Shown here piece by piece: positions 19,578-28,042 of a stretch of DNA of 64,000 nucleotides; the stretch's first letter is position 1; each line of letters begins with the position of its first letter. The notes beneath the pieces were generated by a model, which saw only the letters and a list, made by a program, of their open reading frames with translations, was not told the DNA's origin and searched no databases. This DNA is from Phycisphaerae bacterium (GTDB taxonomy: Bacteria > Planctomycetota > Phycisphaerae > Phycisphaerales > Phycisphaeraceae): contig CAUZIY010000001.1 of assembly GCA_963579995.1 (NCBI GenBank), forward strand, positions 1,311 through 65,310, read 5' to 3'. Position numbers and translations under genes: made by a program.

Positions 19578-20398
19578 GGAACGTCTCTCCTTTCAGATAC
19601 AGTAAATAAGAAGCCGTTTGCGTGACCTCTGGACTCATTTGCCCGATTGGCCCGCAGCCGATGTATCTTGACCCACACAGTCAAGATCGAAACGGCGTCA
19701 ACGTGACGCCGTTGGTCACTCCTAATTGAGTGTTTTTATTCATATCACTTCCGCTTTGCCCATCCTTGAACTAGCGGTGACGGAAAACACCCTGGTCAAA
19801 TTCGCGTCCGATTGAAAATTAGTAGCCCTGAATGTCGAAATTCTATCATTCGTCTTAACACGGGCCACAATCTATCAAAATGCCGCAGTGAATCCAAATC
19901 AAGGCGGGCGATTATTGGGATTGTGGAATGATTCGTCAAGTAATACCCATGGAAATCTTGGCAATCCGAACGGCTTCTTGGTTATGAAGTCCCCTGTTAC
20001 CTTTAATAATATAGATACGGTCTTGACATTATGTTCAGAGATTGCCGTATTGTTGTTAAATATCTGTTTATTATGACTTTGAAATTACAAATCAGTTTGG
20101 GATGCTATCTGATGCGTTTTTTGAATCAATCTGCTATGGATCTTGTATGTTGGCCAGGGCTGGCTATTATTTTATCCCGGCTATTGGTTGTTAAGGCGGT
20201 CCTTGGTGGCGGCCACCAATGTTACCGTATCTGGGTTATTTTCACGGCAATACGGTGATACGTATTGCCTGGCATTCCGTTGCAATCCTGTATCGTCCGG
20301 GGGTTAACACACTTGCCACATTTTTTTTTACTAAGTAAATAACTTCGAGATATGGAATTATTGGACGTAACAAGCCAGGATGAAGGTTTGGTCACGGT

Positions 20399-20410
20399 AT
20401 TATGAGCCAG
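20399..20410 (+). repeat. Copy 1 of the exact 12-nt direct repeat ATTATGAGCCAG
   Basis: Read directly from the sequence. It is identical to 20712-20723, and both copies are followed within 2-5 nt by TCCCT. Confidence 0.9.
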
Positions 20411-20711
20411 GTTCCCTAGCGGCGGTCCACGGTGACATGAGGTTTACGCACGGTATGAGCTTCAAGTTTATGCAGTCCGTAAACCAATGAAGGTGGTATG
20501 CCGCACCACGCCGCAAATCGGGGGGATATTTGGCCGGGCTAAGCCGTCATGAGGCGGTCTGGTGAGGCTGAACCTATTTCTACGCCGGTCTTTAAAATCC
20601 AAGGTATATCGATGGTGGTGGGGAGCAAATGATCCGGTAATGACACGTTAGCTGAGTTCGTGGGTTGTCCTAAGCGGGGAGATGTCCACCCCGGTGGGTT
20701 CTATTATCGGG

Positions 20712-20723
20712 ATTATGAGCCAG
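20712..20723 (+). repeat. Copy 2 of the exact 12-nt direct repeat ATTATGAGCCAG
   Basis: Read directly from the sequence. It lies 313 nt downstream of copy 1 inside a gene-free region. Confidence 0.9.
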
Positions 20724-21229
20724 TAATGTCCCTGAGCCTACACTATTAAAGAGGAACAATTAAGGAAGGGCGCGGAAGTTCAGCCAGTGGTTGGATTTTC
20801 ATCTGAGCTGGTTTCAAACTGGTTGCAGTCCGACATTCCATGGTCCAAACCATGGCCAAGCCCCGTTGCTGGATCATCAAAGCAAGTAACCGCCGGATCT
20901 GAAAAACCATTGTTTCTTGTCCTGGCTCCACGGGGTGGGTTACAGTTGCTGTAGATGACAAATGGGGACTCGCATACCAAGTTTCAACAAAGATTCATTC
21001 ATATTTTACGATCAACCGGCTGTAACTTTGCATCAGGCTTGTAGGGCCCGGCCCCTTCCTGTTAGATGGACGCAGGGCATGTCGTTCCGCATTCTTGATT
21101 TGGTAACCGGCATACCCCGGTGGCTTTGGTGCAATTGCCTGGTGCCACAATCACGATTCCACGGGATCCGATGCTTATGCTGTTTTTAAGGCATTGCTTC
21201 GATTCGGAGGATGCTTAAAATATGTCCCC

Positions 21230-22435
21230 ATGACCACAGCCGACACCCAGATTGACCAAGCCTATATCATCCAGCGGCCCGAGTCTGTGCCGGAAACAGT
21301 CCAACAGGAAGATGTTCAAACTGAAGAGATGCTGGTCAACATGGGGCCGCAGCATCCGTCAACCCATGGTGTTTTGCGCGTTGTGTTGCGTACAGATGGT
21401 GAAATGGTGCTCGAGGCCGTGCCCCATATCGGATATTTACACCGCTGTGCAGAGAAGATTGGCGAGAGTGTTCCTTACAATCAGTTCATCCCTTACACCG
21501 ACCGCATGGATTATCTAGCAGGGATGAACGAGAACTGGGCCTATTGCAGGGCAGTTGAGGAACTTGCGGGTATTGAACTTCCGCGACGGGCTGAATTTAT
21601 CCGGATTATCATTGGCGAACTGAATCGTATTGCATCCCACTTGGTGTCATTTGGGACCTACGGCTTGGACATTGGCGCTTTTACGCCGTTTCTCTACGCC
21701 TTTCGTGAGCGCGAATATATCTTGGACTTGTTCGAGATGGTTTGCGGTGCCCGGCTTACATATAGCTACTTCACAATTGGTGGATCCGTCTATGATCTGC
21801 CGGAAGGTTATCTGGAAAAGATCACTGAATTTCTCGATTACTTCGAGCCGAAAATCAAGGAATATAATGACCTGCTGTCCCACAACCATATCTTTGTCAA
21901 GCGGACAGCCAATGTCGGTGTGATTAGCCCAGAACTCTGCAAAGCCTATGCGTTGACCGGGCCGGTGATTCGCGGAAGTGGTATTGCTTATGATCTGCGT
22001 CGTGATAAGCCTTACAGCCTTTATCCAGAACTGGATTTTGATGTCTGTGTAGGTCGTGGCGAGAAGGGGGTTCTGGGCGATTGCTGGGACCGTTACATTG
22101 TTCGTATGCTGGAGATTGAGCAGTCGGTCAAGATCATCCGGCAGGCAATCAAGATGATTCCGGTTTCAGGTGAAGAAGCTAATTACCGGATTAAATTGTC
22201 CCGAAACTTCAAACCGGACGCAGGCGAGGTATATGTTGAAACGGAAAATCCACGTGGCATTTTGGGGTTTTTCCTAGAGAGCCAGGGCGGTCCGATGGCA
22301 TATCGTTGCAAGGTTCGTGCTGCGACGTTCTGCAATCTGTCGGTTACTAACGTGCTTTGCCGGGATTGTCTTTTGGCTGACGTGCCTGCCATCATCGGTT
22401 CGATCGACGTGGTGATGGGGCAAGTAGATCGTTAG
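21230..22435 (+). CDS. nuoD: NADH-quinone oxidoreductase subunit D (isolated copy)
   Basis: NMGPQHPSTHGVLRVVL near the N-terminus and IGSIDVVMGQVDR at the C-terminus. Start taken at ATG 21230 (the track starts at TTG 21194). No other nuo genes flank it. Confidence 0.88.
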   Translation: MTTADTQIDQAYIIQRPESVPETVQQEDVQTEEMLVNMGPQHPSTHGVLRVVLRTDGEMVLEAVPHIGYLHRCAEKIGESVPYNQFIPYTDRMDYLAGMNENWAYCRAVEELAGIELPRRAEFIRIIIGELNRIASHLVSFGTYGLDIGAFTPFLYAFREREYILDLFEMVCGARLTYSYFTIGGSVYDLPEGYLEKITEFLDYFEPKIKEYNDLLSHNHIFVKRTANVGVISPELCKAYALTGPVIRGSGIAYDLRRDKPYSLYPELDFDVCVGRGEKGVLGDCWDRYIVRMLEIEQSVKIIRQAIKMIPVSGEEANYRIKLSRNFKPDAGEVYVETENPRGILGFFLESQGGPMAYRCKVRAATFCNLSVTNVLCRDCLLADVPAIIGSIDVVMGQVDR

Positions 22436-22446
22436 TTAGTTGGGTC

Positions 22447-23433
22447 CTATCGAGTTTGATAGCGTGAGATCAAGTCAATAATCCGAGGCTGATTGCCTTC
22501 CAGGTTGAGGCTATTGCGCCATGATTGCATTGCTTCATCGAAATAGGCTGAATCCTGGCGCCCCGATTGGATGTAAAGCGTCATCAGGCAAACCCCCAAA
22601 CCATTGAGTGAGGCCGTGTCATCACTTTTGAGTGATAGGGCAGCGCGATAGCTGGTAAGGGCATCTTCAAATCGGTACGACTTAAATAGGCAATACCCCA
22701 TCCGCTCGTGAGCCAGGGAAGTTGGTTCGTGGCGGATCAATGATTGCAAGACGTTAACAGCGCGCTCGTAACGCTCTAATCGCAATAGGGCATCAGCCAG
22801 GCCAATCAAGACCGGTGTTTGTGTGTCACCCAGTTCGTTGGCGTGTCGAAAGGCTTCCGCCGCCTCTTTATATTGCTCCAATAGACTGAGTGCGGCGCCT
22901 TGGTTGGCCCACGCTTCTTGGCTCTCGGGGTTGAGGTCAGTTGCGCGGGTCACGTATTGTGCTGCGTCGCTTGGCCGCCCCAACTGTAAGTAGGCGCCGC
23001 CCAAGTGATAATTGGCTTCATAGCTCTCCGGGCGGATAATCAAGGCGCGAAGGTAGACCCTGACGGCATCTTCAAGTTTGTTTCCCAAGTGGAGAACCAG
23101 GCCTAGGTAATAGTGCCCTTCATAATTGTTGGGGGCAATGTGGGTGGCAGTGGTGAATGAACGTTCGGCCAGTTCATGGCGGCCACGCTGCCGATAGACA
23201 TTGCCCATGCCCATATGGGCATCAACGACTTTGGGATTCTCTGCAATAGCCAAGGCAAATGAGGCTAATGCTGAGTTGCTCAAACCCTGGTCTAGAAATT
23301 GATGGCCCTGTGAGACATGTATCTGTGCCGCTAAGTTAGATGGATGATCGGTACTATGACATCCGCTGATGCCACCGAGGAGGAACCCCACAAATACAAA
23401 AGACACGATGATGCGGCCATACATGCAAATCAT
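22447..23433 (-). CDS. TPR-repeat lipoprotein
   Basis: Lipobox-like LLGGISGC after a hydrophobic N-terminus. The rest is consecutive TPR-like A-x-x-Y / G-x-x-x-x-A repeats. Confidence 0.7.
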   Translation of the reverse strand: MICMYGRIIVSFVFVGFLLGGISGCHSTDHPSNLAAQIHVSQGHQFLDQGLSNSALASFALAIAENPKVVDAHMGMGNVYRQRGRHELAERSFTTATHIAPNNYEGHYYLGLVLHLGNKLEDAVRVYLRALIIRPESYEANYHLGGAYLQLGRPSDAAQYVTRATDLNPESQEAWANQGAALSLLEQYKEAAEAFRHANELGDTQTPVLIGLADALLRLERYERAVNVLQSLIRHEPTSLAHERMGYCLFKSYRFEDALTSYRAALSLKSDDTASLNGLGVCLMTLYIQSGRQDSAYFDEAMQSWRNSLNLEGNQPRIIDLISRYQTR

Positions 23434-23678
23434 GTCAGTCTCCGTCTAAAAAAGTCCCCAAGTCACCAACCGGCATCAGTATTTGATGGCAGTATGGTCC
23501 GATACTGGAGATATACCATGCAGCATCGCCTGTTATGGCACCCTTGCCAGAGAATGCTCCGTCCAGTTCCTAGCCAACGCGGCCGTTATGAGACGAAGCC
23601 TAGGCGACGAGTTTGTAGCCGTCAATGCAACACACGGTCGCTCGTGACGGATACAATTAGTTTGCGGAGTATCCTACT

Positions 23679-25499
23679 GTGAAGATCGCACTGGCGCAGA
23701 TTAATCCAACGATCGGGAACATTCACGGCAATGCCCAGCAGATCCGTCATGCGATCAGCCGGGCACAGCAGCACGGTGCTGAACTTGTGGTGCTACCTGA
23801 ATTGGCGATTGTTGGCTACCCGCCTAAGGATTTACTGCTTAAACCCTCGGTGATTAATGACTGTGAGGCCGCAGTTCGGTACCTGGCTGGATTTTGCAAC
23901 GAAATCGCAGCCGTCATCGGGTATCCCCGCCGTTCTGATGACCCGGTTGGCCGTCCGTTGCTCAATGCTGCAGCTTTCTGTCATGGCGGTCGTATTGTTG
24001 GCCACCGATCCAAGAGCCTTCTGCCAACCTACGACGTATTTGATGAAAGCCGTTATTTTGAGCCGCAAGCTGGTCAGGCAGGCGATTTGCTTCTCGAGTT
24101 TCATGGTGTCCGCCTGGGTATCACCATCTGCGAAGATCTCTGGAACGACCAACAGTTACTTCCCCGGAAGCTGTACCGCCACGATCCCTTGGATGCTTTA
24201 GCTGATGCTGATGCCCAGATCATGATCAATTGTTCGGCGTCACCCTTTGTGGTTGGCAAGCCGGCATTTCGGTTGGAACTGTTTGCTGTTGCAGCCAGGC
24301 GGCGGGCACGTCCTTTGGTCTATTGCAATCAGGTTGGTGGAAATGATGAACTGGTGTTTGACGGCAATAGCTGCGTGATCGGTGTGGATGGCAATCTCAT
24401 TGCTGCAGCCAAGTCTTTTGAAACGGATTTACTGGTTGTGGATGTGGAGCCATCTACATCAGGTATGAATAGTACACCATCACTTCCTGTTAACGCATCA
24501 GCAATGGTACCGCCTTGGGAAATGGCTAAGCCACAATCATCGGAAGATCCGGGATGTTCAAGTCGATCGGGGTCGGGGGGCACGATTGAATCGGTTTATC
24601 AAGCGTTGGTCTTGGGGTTGCGTGATTACTGTTACAAGTGCGGGTTTAAGTCCATCGTGGTAGGGCTGTCGGGCGGTATCGATTCGGCGGTGACCGCGGC
24701 TTTGGCTGTTGCTGCAATGGGTAAGTCCAATGTGATGGGTGTGGCAATGCCGTCCCGCTACAGTTCGCCGAGTTCTGTCACCGATGCTGAAGAATTAGCT
24801 GATGTATTGGGGCTGGCCTTTCACGCGATCCCAATTGCCGGTCCACACCAGGCATTTGAGCAAGTACTTGCGCCATATTTTGTCGGTTTGGAACCTGATG
24901 CAGCTGAGGAGAATATCCAGGCACGTATTCGCGGTGTCATCCTGATGGCTTTTTCCAACAAAAATGGTTCACTGCTTGTCACAACAGGTAACAAGAGTGA
25001 ACTGGCGGTGGGCTATTGCACGCTCTATGGTGATATGTGTGGTGGGATGGCCGTGCTCAGTGATGTGCCCAAGACAATGGTCTGGGAACTGGCTCGATGG
25101 ATCAATGACTCTTCATCGTCTCCACTTCGGGCTGAATACGGGTGCTCGGTCATTCCCCAAAGCTCCATTACGAAAGTGCCCAGTGCCGAGTTGCGTCCTG
25201 ACCAAAGTGATCAGGATTCATTGCCTCCTTACGAAGTGTTGGATCAGATTATCGAGTACTACGTTGAGCAGGAACAGTCAGTGCAGCAAATTATAGATGC
25301 CCTGAAAAAAACGGTGCCCCAGCAGACGATTACACGGATGGTGCAGTTAATTGATCGTAATGAATACAAACGCAAACAGGCTGCGCCGGGAATCAAAGTA
25401 ACCGGCCGGGCCTTTGGATTTGGCCGCAGGATGCCGATTGCACAGCGTTATAAGGACGGCGCCTTCAAGGCGGTCAAATTACCGCGAGCATCCAAGTGA
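23679..25499 (+). CDS. nadE: Glutamine-dependent NAD+ synthetase (CN-hydrolase domain plus NAD synthase domain)
   Basis: N-terminal nitrilase-type KIALAQINPTIG...ELAIVGYPP...ICEDLW. C-terminal PP-loop GLSGGIDS. GTG start. Confidence 0.92.
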   Translation: MKIALAQINPTIGNIHGNAQQIRHAISRAQQHGAELVVLPELAIVGYPPKDLLLKPSVINDCEAAVRYLAGFCNEIAAVIGYPRRSDDPVGRPLLNAAAFCHGGRIVGHRSKSLLPTYDVFDESRYFEPQAGQAGDLLLEFHGVRLGITICEDLWNDQQLLPRKLYRHDPLDALADADAQIMINCSASPFVVGKPAFRLELFAVAARRRARPLVYCNQVGGNDELVFDGNSCVIGVDGNLIAAAKSFETDLLVVDVEPSTSGMNSTPSLPVNASAMVPPWEMAKPQSSEDPGCSSRSGSGGTIESVYQALVLGLRDYCYKCGFKSIVVGLSGGIDSAVTAALAVAAMGKSNVMGVAMPSRYSSPSSVTDAEELADVLGLAFHAIPIAGPHQAFEQVLAPYFVGLEPDAAEENIQARIRGVILMAFSNKNGSLLVTTGNKSELAVGYCTLYGDMCGGMAVLSDVPKTMVWELARWINDSSSSPLRAEYGCSVIPQSSITKVPSAELRPDQSDQDSLPPYEVLDQIIEYYVEQEQSVQQIIDALKKTVPQQTITRMVQLIDRNEYKRKQAAPGIKVTGRAFGFGRRMPIAQRYKDGAFKAVKLPRASK

Positions 25500-25584
25500 T
25501 TGAATAGTTGGGCTGGGCAGGGGGTCTTCCGGACCACTGACTTGGAAATCCCTACAAAGCCATATTTTGCAGTGTGACCACCAA

Positions 25585-25917
25585 TTACTTGGGCATTGAC
25601 CACGGGACATCATCGTCACGATGAAATGCTTGGGTTGCCTGCTGAAGGCAATCGTGACAAATAATGGCGGTTGGGTTAGCCGCTTGTGACCGTGGGTTGG
25701 GTGCCCATTGCTTGAGTTCCGTCGGCAGCTGATCACGGATGCACATCGTGCAGCTGTATTGGTTTTGTGGGGCGCTTTCATCGGCGATCGCTTGCTTGAC
25801 GCAGTCGAGGCAAATGACCGAACCTCGATGCCCTTCGATCATGGGGAAAACCTGGTCCCAATCAGTTCCACAAAAGTCGCAGCTTATGACCACTTGGCCG
25901 TCTTCGCTTCTTTGCAT
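25585..25917 (-). CDS. Small protein with two ClpX-type C4 zinc-ribbon-like modules
   Basis: CDFCG-x18-CLDC and CTMC-x29-CHDC, each resembling the CxxC...CxxC N-terminal zinc-binding domain of ClpX. Confidence 0.5.
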   Translation of the reverse strand: MQRSEDGQVVISCDFCGTDWDQVFPMIEGHRGSVICLDCVKQAIADESAPQNQYSCTMCIRDQLPTELKQWAPNPRSQAANPTAIICHDCLQQATQAFHRDDDVPWSMPK

Positions 25918-26105
25918 ACGTGCTATTTCTCATTCATTTTGATCGACAAAGGTTAGTGGAAGATTACATCCATTATGACAGCAAGTCGATCTTTGTTGTT
26001 TAATCAAAGCCCCTAGCCTTTCGCTGGTGTTGGAGGCGAGATTCCGGGGCAATCTGTGACTGTCATGTGATTGGGGCAAACGGGTGGTGTTTGCGTATCC
26101 ATGTC

Positions 26106-27983
26106 CTATCGGCGCAAGCTATCCCACGCGTCAACGATGTGTTGTTCGTCCACTGCATTGACAAGATCAACCTGCCCCAGGTTAGTGGGTAGCACCAGCC
26201 GCAATTGTCCGCCTGCCACCTTCTTGTCGACCCGCATCAGTTCCAGTAACTGTCTGGTTGCGGGTAGATGTGGGGACTGGGTGGGAAGCCCGGCACGCTC
26301 AAGCAGGCTGGTAAGTCGCTGAAGGATGTTCGGGTCGCACCGGCCGATTGTAACGGAAAGTTTGGTTGCTGCGACCATGCCCAACGCGACAGCTTCGCCA
26401 TGATGGTAAGAAGAAGGACTATCGAACTTTCCAGCGGCTTCAATGGCATGGGCGAAAGTATGCCCGAAATTCAGGTGGGCCCGCTGGCCGAGTTCCTTTT
26501 CGTCGGCGATGACCACGCTTGCCTTGATCTGTACGTTACGGCGAACCAGTTCAACCAGGATGTCACGATCCTGGGAAAGAATTTCATCGACATGGTTTTC
26601 CGTCCATGTGAACAGTTCAGCGTCACGAATGATGCCATGTTTAATACACTCGGCCAGGCCGCATCGCATTTGGCGATCCGGTAGGGTAGATAGCGTATCG
26701 GTATCAATAACGACGAGGCTGGGTTGGTAGAAACTGCCCACAAGATTTTTTCCTTGCGGCAGGTTGACGCCGACCTTCCCGCCGACCGAGGCATCGACCA
26801 TTGCAAGCAAGGTGGTCGGACATTGAATGAATGGCACACCTCGAAGGTAGGTTGCGGCAATGAAACCAACCGTATCGCCCACAATCCCACCGCCCATTGC
26901 GATGACGGGGCTGTGGCGCTCAAATTGAGCGCTCAGGAGTCGTTCATAGGCGGTGCGCACGGTATCAAGGTTCTTGTGGTTCTCGCCCACAGGCATCGGT
27001 TCGATGACAAGGTCGTACCCGGATTGTTGTAGCGAAGATTGCGCCGATACAACATGTTGATCAGGAAGCCCCTCATCAATCAGTAACGCCGCCCGCGTGT
27101 GAGGCGCCACCTCCTGTACCAGGTTGCCTAACTGATTAAGGCCACTACTTCCAACCAGCACTTCATACCGGTGATGTGGCAGGTCAATGGCAATGGAGTT
27201 CATGGGTTGCTTTCTTTGTCGGCGTTTGATCTCTAGCAGGGCCTGGGCAGGGTCCTGCGGTAATCCGTCCTGATCATCGTCATTTGCGTGGTCATAGGGC
27301 TGTGGTTCATGTGTCGGTACCACATGGTGCCGGCTTGGAACTGGGTCGCCCCCCCCCCTCATCACCCCTAATCGGAGTATGAGCCATCCGAGTCCAAGGG
27401 CGATTACCAGTGCTAGAAACAATCGCGACGTATCGGTTGATGTACTGTATGCAGTTTTGAACAACTTGGCAGATTTGCCAACAAACACAGGATAACGCGA
27501 TACTTGATTTGCCAGATTGGTGGTCTCCCAGATCTTGTAGAATCTCGCAACTATTTCGATGTGACTGTTCGTCTGTGGTTCATCTGGTGGGTCCACGAGG
27601 TAGACAATCGCCACGATTTCGGGGTCGTTGGCGACGATCATGCTCCATTGTTCCAGTTTGCCGTCCCACGGTCCTGCGCGAGCAAGGTTGGTGACCTTAA
27701 GGTCAGTCCGGCTGGGTGGTCGACCTGCATAGCGACCTGCAAGAATAAAACGTTGGCCGCGATAGGCCGAAGGGGTCTGTCCGATGGCATCATAATCAGG
27801 GATCTTGCTGCCCGGCTTCACATCGCCTTGCCATTCAAGGGCATTGCGCAGCAACGGATACCAGGCGGCCTCGTCGACCAACGGGCTGTTGTCGATGGCC
27901 GATTGCAGTTGCATGACTTGCTTGTCCGTCAATGGTGGCACGGCGGTAAAAATCGCGGTGGCCAGCAGTATGGCGGTTTGCAT
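26106..27983 (-). CDS. aroB: 3-dehydroquinate synthase (C-terminal 365 aa, own ATG at 27203) in frame with a 260-aa signal/TM-containing N-terminal module
   Basis: The AroB part has GGGIVGDTVGF and LNFGHTFAHAIE-type motifs and is of typical length from MNSIAIDL. The N-terminal part has signal-like MQTAILLATAIFTAV and the TM helix LFLALVIALGLGWLILRLGV. No stop codon separates them in this assembly. Confidence 0.85.
   Translation of the reverse strand: MQTAILLATAIFTAVPPLTDKQVMQLQSAIDNSPLVDEAAWYPLLRNALEWQGDVKPGSKIPDYDAIGQTPSAYRGQRFILAGRYAGRPPSRTDLKVTNLARAGPWDGKLEQWSMIVANDPEIVAIVYLVDPPDEPQTNSHIEIVARFYKIWETTNLANQVSRYPVFVGKSAKLFKTAYSTSTDTSRLFLALVIALGLGWLILRLGVMRGGGDPVPSRHHVVPTHEPQPYDHANDDDQDGLPQDPAQALLEIKRRQRKQPMNSIAIDLPHHRYEVLVGSSGLNQLGNLVQEVAPHTRAALLIDEGLPDQHVVSAQSSLQQSGYDLVIEPMPVGENHKNLDTVRTAYERLLSAQFERHSPVIAMGGGIVGDTVGFIAATYLRGVPFIQCPTTLLAMVDASVGGKVGVNLPQGKNLVGSFYQPSLVVIDTDTLSTLPDRQMRCGLAECIKHGIIRDAELFTWTENHVDEILSQDRDILVELVRRNVQIKASVVIADEKELGQRAHLNFGHTFAHAIEAAGKFDSPSSYHHGEAVALGMVAATKLSVTIGRCDPNILQRLTSLLERAGLPTQSPHLPATRQLLELMRVDKKVAGGQLRLVLPTNLGQVDLVNAVDEQHIVDAWDSLRR
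27350..27359. repeat. C10/G10 homopolymer inside the hinge of the fused ORF
   Basis: Read directly from the sequence. On the coding (minus) strand it reads AGG GGG GGG GGC, encoding RGGG. Confidence 0.95.
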
Positions 27984-28042
27984 GTGTGATATTGTAGTGC
28001 TTTACCCTAATAGTTATGATCTTTCTTTTAGAAGGCGACCAC

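Noticed and set aside
20380-20760. tmRNA, RNase P RNA, SRP RNA, or a TPP, cobalamin or c-di-GMP-I riboswitch in the stem-rich segment.
   Set aside because: I looked on both strands and found none of the expected signatures. These were GGAAAGUCCGG and ACAGAAnCCGGCUUA (RNase P); a T-arm plus a GCUCCACCA-type 3' end and an ...AA-stop tag frame (tmRNA); CUGAGA plus ACCUGAUCUGG (TPP); a GCCACUG B12 box in context; and GNRA-capped P1a with GACGCAAAGCC (GEMM-I). Only partial chance resemblances turned up.
19578-21193. Decayed nuoA/nuoB/nuoC filling the gap upstream of nuoD (the size would fit).
   Set aside because: My frame translations of the segments examined (about 20380-20640 and 20960-21190), plus the short junk-like track ORFs across the gap, show no NuoB Cys cluster, no NuoC ERExxDMFG-type block and no long hydrophobic NuoA segment. 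Stops occur every 10-30 codons in all frames.
23434-23678. NAD+ riboswitch (nadA/pnuC motif) upstream of nadE.
   Set aside because: There is a CCGTCA...TGACGG stem with CAACACAC inside, but the conserved ACANCCCC-type bulges and tandem-domain layout are absent. This is not supportable by eye.
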